This document shows positions 56,837 through 64,000 of a DNA stretch of 64,000 bases, piece by piece. Position numbers and translations under genes: made by a program. The DNA comes from Candidatus Dormiibacterota bacterium (GTDB lineage Bacteria; Chloroflexota; Dormibacteria; Aeolococcales; Bog-877). The stretch spans positions 24,874 through 88,873 of the forward strand of contig DAHWNZ010000002.1 in assembly GCA_027339635.1 (NCBI GenBank), written 5' to 3'. The notes beneath the pieces are model-generated. The model saw only the letters and a program-made list of their open reading frames with translations, ran no database searches and was not told the DNA's origin. The first letter of the stretch is position 1, and each line of letters begins with the position of its first letter.

Positions 56837-58672
56837 TCACGCGACCGGCCAGTCCGTGTTCGGTAGCGCCCGGGTGCCCGGCGCTGGTCCCGGTGCCTCC
56901 GCCCTACGCAGGGCATCGGCCACCAGCGACAGCGCATGTTCTCTGGTGGCAAGCTCTTGGCGGACTCGCGCGGACGCGGTGTCGCCCTCGGCACGCAAGT
57001 CCTCAGCAAATGTCACCGCCTGCCGCACCGTGCGCTCGGCTCCTTCCAAAGCCTGGGCCATCCCGTGGCGCCACTCCCTCTCCCTGGCAGCAAGCCTCTC
57101 GACCACGTCATGGTGCACACGCCCGCAGTGCCGATCCACCAGTTCCAGGCCGCGGCGCAGAGCATGCTTCTGCGCCCAAACCACTCCCACCCGCCCGGGG
57201 GCCATTCCCTGCAGCGCTGTGGAGATACGCTCAAGCGCAAGCTCGGGTTGCTCGATGAGCAGCAGGCGGCGACTGCTCGGCTCCAGGTCGGTGGGCAGAC
57301 TGAGCTCGTCCAGGTCCACCTCGAAAACCTCGGACGCGACTCTGACAACCTTGCCGGCAAGCGCGTTGACCCGCGCCTCATGGCGCTGCGCCACCTCGGC
57401 CAGGCCCGCCCCCAGGTCTTCCTCCAACCGCTCGATCCAGCGGGAAAGCTCGGAACGGATCACGGCGGCCAACACCTCCCCCAGTCTTTCCCGCAGCTTT
57501 GCTCGACCCTTGGCGACCTGCTGGGAGACCTCCGCTCGTATCAACTCCTCCCCTTCGCTGCGAAACCGGCCGATCAAGGGGTCAACGGTTGTGCTCAGCA
57601 GCCGTCTCATATCGGCAGCCAAGACCTCCTCAGCCTCGACCGTCTGCCGGGCTACCTCGCTCAAGCGCTCGGCGAGAACGGCGACTCTCCGCTCCAGTTC
57701 CGCGGCCGAGAGGTTCATCGCAGCCTCCTGGACCGCGAGCCCCCGCCGCTGCTGGACAAGCGATCGCGCCGCCACCGAGTGCGCTCTCTGCAACAGGAAC
57801 CGCCCGCGATCCTCGACCAAGAAGCGGTCGAGGGCGCGTTCCAGGTCGGAGAAGCCCTGGTCGCGAAGGCGGGCGGAGATGGGAAAGAGGGGCGGGTCCT
57901 GATCCCCCACCGCCTGTGCGAGAACCGAGCGGACAAACGCCACCGACTGCCTGAGCTCGGACTCCGACAGGAGGTCGACCTTGTTCAGCGCGAATGTCAG
58001 ATGGGAGACGTGGCTGCGCACCTCGGCCAGGAAGTCGAGCTCCGCATGACTGGCCGGGCTGTCGACGGAGAGCAGGAACACAGCCGCGTCGGCCTCCCGC
58101 AGGATGGCGTAGGCGGCCGCTGTGTTGTGCGCATGGCTCGAACCTATCCCAGGAGTGTCGATCAGGATCACCCCCGATTCGAGCAGATGAGCGGGATGCT
58201 CCACCTGCACCCCCGCGACTCCCTTACGGTTGCCCGGGTTCCCCACCTCCGTGGCGTACGCGGGCAGCTCCTTCAGAGTCACTTCCAGGTGCGATGTGCC
58301 CCCGAGATCCACCAGCACGCGGGGCCTTTTCCCATAGCGCACCGAGAGAGGGACCGAGGTCATCGGGATGACCCCCACGGGCATCACCTCGGCACGAAGC
58401 AAGGAGTTGATCAGAGTGCTCTTGCCACGTTTGAACTCCCCAAGGACGGCGAGGGTCAGCCGCCCGGCCAAAAGCCTCTCGGCGGCCTCGTGAATGGTCC
58501 TGGCCTCGACCGGGTCGCCGCCGGCTAGGGCGAGATCCCCGAGCCTCTCCAGGGCTTGCGTCAGTTCCTCCTTCTGGTGCCGCCATTCGCGCAGCGCCGA
58601 CTCGGAGTCCTGGCCGGCTTGCTTGAGCTGCCAGGGTGACGACGACCCCAAAGCACAGTCCTCGTGAGCCAT
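56837..58672 (-). CDS. Bacterial dynamin-like GTPase
   Basis: G1 GEFKRGKST, G2 T in PMTS, G3 DTPG, G4 NKVD, long helical C-terminus. Confidence 0.9.
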   Translation of the reverse strand: MAHEDCALGSSSPWQLKQAGQDSESALREWRHQKEELTQALERLGDLALAGGDPVEARTIHEAAERLLAGRLTLAVLGEFKRGKSTLINSLLRAEVMPVGVIPMTSVPLSVRYGKRPRVLVDLGGTSHLEVTLKELPAYATEVGNPGNRKGVAGVQVEHPAHLLESGVILIDTPGIGSSHAHNTAAAYAILREADAAVFLLSVDSPASHAELDFLAEVRSHVSHLTFALNKVDLLSESELRQSVAFVRSVLAQAVGDQDPPLFPISARLRDQGFSDLERALDRFLVEDRGRFLLQRAHSVAARSLVQQRRGLAVQEAAMNLSAAELERRVAVLAERLSEVARQTVEAEEVLAADMRRLLSTTVDPLIGRFRSEGEELIRAEVSQQVAKGRAKLRERLGEVLAAVIRSELSRWIERLEEDLGAGLAEVAQRHEARVNALAGKVVRVASEVFEVDLDELSLPTDLEPSSRRLLLIEQPELALERISTALQGMAPGRVGVVWAQKHALRRGLELVDRHCGRVHHDVVERLAAREREWRHGMAQALEGAERTVRQAVTFAEDLRAEGDTASARVRQELATREHALSLVADALRRAEAPGPAPGTRALPNTDWPVA

Positions 58673-58767
58673 GACGACCTCTGGGTTTTGACCTTCTACC
58701 AGCAGAAGCCATCAGCTGGGATTCCCAGCGAAGGCGGGCCTCATCGCCAGTCTCGACTGTATCAGAC

Positions 58768-60060
58768 TCAGTCGCGAGGACCAGATCCGGGCCGGGCCGT
58801 CGCTCTCTCTCGGCCACGACGCAGAACGTCGAACGCGAGCACGCTGATGAGGGACAGCAGCATCCACCCCGCGGCGTATGCGAAGCCGACGCTCGGAGAC
58901 ACCGTCACGTACAGGATGCCGACCACCGTCGATGATGTCAGGTCCCCGATCGCCTGGGTTGCCCCCAGGATCCCGTAGCCGCTGCCGCGCAGGGAATCGG
59001 GAAGGAGGCGGGCGAAGAGGGTCGACTCCGCGGTCTCGGCCAGGCCGATTCCGCTGCCGGCCAGGGCGAACGCCAAAAGTAGGGCCAGGGGAGACCGCAA
59101 CTGCGCAGCGAAACCAAAATAGGCCAGAACGTATAGACCAGCGCCGGTGGCGAACACCGCGCGAGCGTCGCCCCGGTCCAGCCAGTGACCTCCCCCGAAG
59201 GCGACCACCGCTCCGACGGCGTTGTGCCCGCTGTAGAGCAGAATCGCCAGCAGGGTGGCGAAGGCAAGGGTGGTCGCGCCGTTGTGAAGCAGTTGGGTGG
59301 CACGCAAGATGAGAAGCGTGGTGGCTACGTTGCCCAGCTCGAACAGGGCAATGGGAATCAGCGCTCGCAGCACCCCGGCCTGGCGCATCGCCCCCAGCTC
59401 CAGGCGCACCCGCCGCGGGACCAGGCTCGTTCCCTGGCGCCGCGCCTCCCGGGCAGCGACCGAGATGGCGACAGCGGCCAGTGCACCGGGGATGAAGGCG
59501 AAGTAAATGGCCGGTCGGATGCCGACCCAAGCCACCAGTCCGGCGGCGAGCAGGGGACCTACCACGGCCCCCAGGTTGTCGCCGGCCCGCTCCAACCCGA
59601 AGGCCCTGCCGAATCCCTGGGATGGTGCCAAGGAGGCGAGCAGGCTGTCCCGGGCCGGCGACCGCATGCCCCTGGAGGTCCAGGCCAACGCGCGCAGCAC
59701 CCCCACCTGCCAGGCGGCGACGCACAGGCCGATCGCGCCGGTCGCAAATGCAGTTCCCAGATAACCGCTGCTGGCCAGCCTGCCCCGCAGCTTGCCGTCG
59801 TTGGCGAGTGGCCCGGACAGGAACTTGGCGACGCCTGTCAGGGCGTCGCTGAGCCCCTCGATGAGCCCCAAGGTGGCGGCGCTGGAATGAAGCGTCGAGA
59901 CCAGAAAGCTCGGCAGGATCGCCGTGGCAATCTCATGTCCGGAGTCGGAGAAGAAGCTCGTGAGGCCGACACTGGCCACCCCTCGGCTCAGCCACCCGGT
60001 TCGACCCGGCGTCGGGTTCACCTCCTCTGCCGGCTGACCGTCCTGTCCCTCCGGGCTCAT
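58768..60060 (-). CDS. MFS transporter
   Basis: About 12 TM, SFFSDSGHE, RG.RSPARD.LL, GRAFGLERAGDN.GA. Confidence 0.92.
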   Translation of the reverse strand: MSPEGQDGQPAEEVNPTPGRTGWLSRGVASVGLTSFFSDSGHEIATAILPSFLVSTLHSSAATLGLIEGLSDALTGVAKFLSGPLANDGKLRGRLASSGYLGTAFATGAIGLCVAAWQVGVLRALAWTSRGMRSPARDSLLASLAPSQGFGRAFGLERAGDNLGAVVGPLLAAGLVAWVGIRPAIYFAFIPGALAAVAISVAAREARRQGTSLVPRRVRLELGAMRQAGVLRALIPIALFELGNVATTLLILRATQLLHNGATTLAFATLLAILLYSGHNAVGAVVAFGGGHWLDRGDARAVFATGAGLYVLAYFGFAAQLRSPLALLLAFALAGSGIGLAETAESTLFARLLPDSLRGSGYGILGATQAIGDLTSSTVVGILYVTVSPSVGFAYAAGWMLLSLISVLAFDVLRRGRERATARPGSGPRD

Positions 60061-60132
60061 CGCTTCAGGACATCCTGAGCGGCCATCCGAGCTTGGTTCG
60101 GCGTCGGCGTCGTCAGCGACCCCGGATCACGC

Positions 60133-61176
60133 TCAGCCGACCAAGACCACCAGCTTGCCCGTGAAGTCCCCCGACTCGAGCTTGGCGAACGCACTGCGCA
60201 CATCGCCCAGGCCGACCGTTGAGTCGATCAGGGGATGGATCCCGGACGCCTCGACCATGGCCAGGAGCGAGCGGAATTCCTGCCTGGTCCCCATGGTGGA
60301 TCCGAGCACCTGCAGCTGGCGCCAGAACACCCGGCGTAGATCCGCGGGAGGGTCGGCGCCGCCGGTGGCGCCAGCCACGACTATGGCGCCGCCGCGCCGC
60401 AACGAGCGCAGGCTCGTCCCCCAGGTTGGCTCGCCCACCGACTCGATCACCGCGTCGACTCCCTCGCCCTGGGTGAAGGAGAGCACCTCGGAAACACCCT
60501 CGCGGCCGGGGCCGACCGTCTTGTGCACCCCCCGCGCCTCGGCGGCCTGACGCTTCAGGGTGGAACGGCTGGCGACGATGACGCGCAGGCCGCTTCCCAG
60601 AGCCAGCCGCTCTGCCGCAGTCGAGAGGCCGCCGCCCGCTCCCTGGATGAGGATGGTGTCTCCGGGCTTGACCCTGGCCTTGGTGAACAGCATGCGATAG
60701 GCAGTCAGATAGGAGGTTGGCAGGCAGGCGCACTCCGCGGCCGACAGTCCCTTAGGAGCCGGGAAAATGTTGAGGGCCGGCACAACGCAGTACTCAGCCA
60801 GGGTGCCCTCCAGGGCCCCCTCGGTGAGCAGGGCGAAGTGACGGCAGTAGGTCTCATCCGCGCCGAGACAGGCGTGGCACCTGCCGCAGGTGACAACTGC
60901 ATGAGCGACCACGACGGTCCCCAGCGGCAGGACCTCCTCTGTTCCGGGCCCGTAGGAATCGACCCGGCCGACCACATCACACCCCAGGGTCCTCGGGTAG
61001 CTTTGGGGGGGTGCTCCGACTCCCCTGAGGGTCCACAGGTCGTGGTGGTTCAAGGCGGCGGCGGTCACCGCGAGACGGACAAACCCCTGGCCGGGGTCGG
61101 GCAGCGGACGTTCTCCCACCTCCAGTTTGTCCAGGGGACGGGCGCCGTCAGCGCCGGTAGCGTAGGCGGCCAACAT
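60133..61176 (-). CDS. Zinc-binding alcohol dehydrogenase/MDR oxidoreductase
   Basis: NHHD, CGRCHAC...C structural Zn site, GAGGG, GSTMG, GKLV. Confidence 0.93.
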   Translation of the reverse strand: MLAAYATGADGARPLDKLEVGERPLPDPGQGFVRLAVTAAALNHHDLWTLRGVGAPPQSYPRTLGCDVVGRVDSYGPGTEEVLPLGTVVVAHAVVTCGRCHACLGADETYCRHFALLTEGALEGTLAEYCVVPALNIFPAPKGLSAAECACLPTSYLTAYRMLFTKARVKPGDTILIQGAGGGLSTAAERLALGSGLRVIVASRSTLKRQAAEARGVHKTVGPGREGVSEVLSFTQGEGVDAVIESVGEPTWGTSLRSLRRGGAIVVAGATGGADPPADLRRVFWRQLQVLGSTMGTRQEFRSLLAMVEASGIHPLIDSTVGLGDVRSAFAKLESGDFTGKLVVLVG

Positions 61177-61434
61177 GGCAGTGCACCTCCCAACCGCGGC
61201 GAACCCTCCACCGCTGGAGGGCCCCCTAGACCAACTGGTCCCAGTCTAGCCAAACCGGACCGGTCGGCCAAGCGACGGTCTCCATCTCGCCGGCGGCGAG
61301 CCAGCGGTCCCTGCCGCTAGATTCGGTTGCACCATCATGACAGGGAGAGCTCGGGATTCCAAGGCTGGCCACCTCATCCAAAGGCGCCTGAGGCGCGCTG
61401 CGCCGGAGCGATCGCCGGGGGCCGGTGGGGCCTG

Positions 61435-62031
61435 ATGTCGCAGGTGCATCCCGGGGAGCGGTTGGTTGCTGACTATCTCGCCCGGCTGGATCGAGAGCTG
61501 ACCCGGCTTCCCGAGGCCGCTCGACGCCAGACCATGGAACAGATCAACTGCCGAATCAGGAAGGCGGATCTGAACCTGGAGGACGCTTTCGCAGTCGGCC
61601 TGCTGCTGGCCCAGATCGGCAGCCCACGACAGGTCGCTGCCAGGGCGAAAGCGGTCACCGAGAGTGAGCACGCGGGCAGCGCGGACGCTCTCTGTCCCTG
61701 GCTGCTTCTGCTGGGCGGCTTCGTCTTCATCATAGGTTGGTTTCTCGGGGCGGGGCTGCTCTGGTCATCGCCGACGTGGACCACCCGGGACAAGCTGTTA
61801 GGCACCTTGATCTGGCCGGGGGGGCTGGCAGCGCTGGTGGTGCTGGGCAGTTTCTTGGAAGCGACCAGCGCGTGTGGCGGAGCCGCCGCGTCCGGCCATC
61901 AGGTAGGCGCTCACTGTGCACTGACCCGGCTCGGTTTGGCCCCGGCGGCGGTCATCCCTCTGGTCGCAGTCCTGGTCATCGCTCCGATCCTGGTTGCGAT
62001 CCATCTGGAGCGCGTCCGGCGGCGAGCCTGA
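61435..62031 (+). CDS. HAAS-domain membrane protein
   Basis: V.DYL.RL...L..LP...R.....I......LL..IGSP..VA pattern, then TMs and WSSP.W..RDKLLGTL.WPGG. Confidence 0.78.
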   Translation: MSQVHPGERLVADYLARLDRELTRLPEAARRQTMEQINCRIRKADLNLEDAFAVGLLLAQIGSPRQVAARAKAVTESEHAGSADALCPWLLLLGGFVFIIGWFLGAGLLWSSPTWTTRDKLLGTLIWPGGLAALVVLGSFLEATSACGGAAASGHQVGAHCALTRLGLAPAAVIPLVAVLVIAPILVAIHLERVRRRA

Positions 62032-62182
62032 TGGCCTAGCGCACAGCGGACCCGGACCTCCCGGGTCGCCCTCGCGCCTTCCGGCGACGACCGCCGTCCC
62101 CCTGATCTATCCTCATTCGCCAGTGACACTCACAACCCTTGAGCCGAGGCCCCGCCGCCGGAACCGACCCGGATACGAGGGG

Positions 62183-63421
62183 ATGCCCTCGGTCAGCCCG
62201 ATCATCATCGAGTCACTCCGGCGGCGCATGGACCGCGTCTCCCGGCGGATGGCGATCGAGATGGCCAGGACCATCCCGCTCGCTGAGGGTGTGGCCGGAG
62301 GCTCTGCCTTTGGCAGCGAGGTGTTGGCCGCCTGCCGCGAAGGGGTGGGCACGCTTCTCTCGCTGTGGGGCGAGGCTCGCCCACCTTCCCACCTCGAGCT
62401 GCAGCAGCTGTCGCGGATGGGTGGGCGGCTCGCCAGCACAGGTGTGCCCCTGGACGCGATCCTGCGGGCGTATCGTGTCGCCGCTCTGGTCATCTGGCAG
62501 CACGTCATCGAAGTGGTGCGAAACCATCCGGAGATCGACGCCCAGTCGGTGCTGACCGCGGTCGGGCCGCTCTTCGATTACCTCGACGCGATCAGCGTCG
62601 CCGTGAGCACCAGCTACCTTGAGACTCGCGAGAGGACCAGACGCGAACAGGACCGGCAGTACGATCAGTTCTTCGCCGAGGTCATCCAGGGCACCGCCGA
62701 TCAGGACATGGTCGCGCGGGCCGCTGCTGGTGGCACGGTGTTGGAATTCCCCTATCAGGTGGTGGTGACCTCCGCCGAGGACACCACGGCCGAGGCGACA
62801 ATCGCCACGGCGTGGATGGTCGTGGGGGCCCAGGTGGCCCTCAACCAGGCCAGTGTCGTCGCCCTGGTGCCCGCGACGGTGAAGGTGTCAACCCTTCAGC
62901 GCCTTCTGAGAGTCGCCGTGGGCACCGACCGGCTTCCGTGGAGCATGGCGTTCGGGCCAAGGGCCGGTGGCCTTGCTGACGTGCCCGGGGCCGTGCGATC
63001 CGCTCGGGATGCCCTGGCGGTGGGCCAGATCCTGATGCCGCGCGAGAATCTCTACGACGCCGCCAAGCTCCACCCATATCTGGGGTGGCTGCACGACCTT
63101 GGCGGCCTCAGGAGCTTCGTCGAGGACACCCTCGGCCCGATCCTGGCTCGAGAACAGGTTCGCAGCACTCCACTTCGCCTGACGCTTGAGGCTGTCCTGT
63201 CGGAGAGGGGGCTCTCCGAGGCCGCTCGGGCGCTCGGGGTCCACCGCCACACCCTCCTGTACCGCTTGGACCGGATTCAGAAGCTGGTCGGGCCCTGGGA
63301 GAAGGCCGACGACCGACTTCGTTTTGAGCTCGCGCTGCGCGGCTACCGCCTCCTCGACGGCTTGGGGGCACTGGAAAACCCGAGGCTGGCGGGTGCGGGT
63401 CGCAAGGCCGCCATCGCCTAA
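62183..63421 (+). CDS. PucR/CdaR-family transcriptional regulator
   Basis: N-terminal helical sensor (GVPL..ILRAYR), C-terminal HTH AARALGVHRHTL.YRL.RI. Confidence 0.9.
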   Translation: MPSVSPIIIESLRRRMDRVSRRMAIEMARTIPLAEGVAGGSAFGSEVLAACREGVGTLLSLWGEARPPSHLELQQLSRMGGRLASTGVPLDAILRAYRVAALVIWQHVIEVVRNHPEIDAQSVLTAVGPLFDYLDAISVAVSTSYLETRERTRREQDRQYDQFFAEVIQGTADQDMVARAAAGGTVLEFPYQVVVTSAEDTTAEATIATAWMVVGAQVALNQASVVALVPATVKVSTLQRLLRVAVGTDRLPWSMAFGPRAGGLADVPGAVRSARDALAVGQILMPRENLYDAAKLHPYLGWLHDLGGLRSFVEDTLGPILAREQVRSTPLRLTLEAVLSERGLSEAARALGVHRHTLLYRLDRIQKLVGPWEKADDRLRFELALRGYRLLDGLGALENPRLAGAGRKAAIA

Positions 63422-63533
63422 CCCATCTGAGTCTAAGAATCAAGCCTTGAGAAGAACTCGTGATGGCGTTCCAAATGGTGGGGTGCGCGCGGGATACTGG
63501 AGGTCGATGGGCTGGCCAGACAGGAGGTAGAGA

Positions 63534-63902
63534 GTGGTGCCTGAATCGAGAGAACGCCTGTTGACCATAGTCGCCGCTGCCGGCGCCCTGGACGTGGCCA
63601 GCTTCCTGGCCACGCGGCGGCAGGAGATTTTCAGAGCCTCAACAGGCCGAGCCGCAGGTTCGGTCGCGGGCCTACTGTTGTGGTCAAGCCTCGCCGGGAC
63701 CTCACTCGGGGAGAGGGTGCGGCCGAATGACCGAGCCCTCCGTTCGACTACCTCCCTCCTCGCTGTGATATGCGGACTGGGGAACCTGGCCCTGATGGGG
63801 GTGCACCTCAAGGTGCGTAAGGGCCAGCGGCGAGCCCTACTTGGCGGCGTGCTCGGTCTGGCCGCTCTCAGCAGCGGGCTGCGGCGCCTGTTTCGAGCCT
63901 GA
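63534..63902 (+). CDS. Hypothetical small membrane protein
   Basis: AGGAGG RBS and several hydrophobic segments. Confidence 0.6.
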   Translation: MVPESRERLLTIVAAAGALDVASFLATRRQEIFRASTGRAAGSVAGLLLWSSLAGTSLGERVRPNDRALRSTTSLLAVICGLGNLALMGVHLKVRKGQRRALLGGVLGLAALSSGLRRLFRA

Positions 63903-63960
63903 GCGGCGGTGCGGCGCGATGCGGGACCGATTGGCCCCTGGGCAGAACGCGCACTGGGCC

Positions 63961-64000
63961 TGGTACCCGCACGGGGAGTCGAACCCCGGTTACCACCTTG
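63961..64000 (-). tRNA. 3' half of a tRNA, probably tRNA-Glu (truncated by window edge)
   Basis: Reverse complement CAAGGTGGTAAC-CGGGG-TTCGACT-CCCCG-TGCGGGT-A-CCA: T-arm, acceptor strand and encoded CCA; only the last anticodon base (C) is visible. Confidence 0.88.

Noticed and set aside
52860-64000. Possible genomic island ending at the tRNA 3' end
   Set aside because: No integrase, transposase or duplicated tRNA 3' end (att site) was seen in the window.
1-64000. CRISPR arrays, cas genes, IS elements, rRNA, long tandem repeats
   Set aside because: None observed by eye; intergenic gaps are short and non-repetitive.

Overview
A gene-dense, GC-rich bacterial chromosomal segment of about 58 CDS, ending in the 3' half of a tRNA (probably Glu). 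The gene mix (holB-ricT/yaaT synteny, Flp pilin, sortase-type tail, SipW peptidases, PI/PIM lipid genes, many leaderless-looking starts) suggests a monoderm, Chloroflexota/Dormibacterota-like or deep actinobacterial organism; this is inference only. Housekeeping and metabolic blocks: SPFH-NfeD, ychF, HAD, DEAD-box helicase, PadR + ABC exporter, YhaO/YhaN-like nuclease-ATPase, dxs, glnA, fdxA, purE-purK-holB-ricT, a glycerol/DHA operon (glpF-dhaK-dhaL-glpK-glpABC plus a DhaM-HPr-full EI fusion) followed by lipid genes, an ino1-2x acyltransferase-pimA-PI synthase operon, arsD-arsA-arsB, a dynamin-like GTPase, MFS, Zn-ADH and PucR. The most striking accessory locus (14.6-19.5 kb, minus strand) is a TasA/camelysin-like fibre operon: two tandem SipW peptidases, two SipW-type substrates and a paralogous subunit ending in a sortase-like TPSTG-TM-basic tail. 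This is a candidate cell-wall-anchored TasA-type fibre system. At least two genes (arsB and a DUF998-like gene) are split by single-base -1 shifts, which may be sequencing errors. No CRISPR array, transposase or integrase was seen. All calls come from motif recognition by eye; no searches were run.
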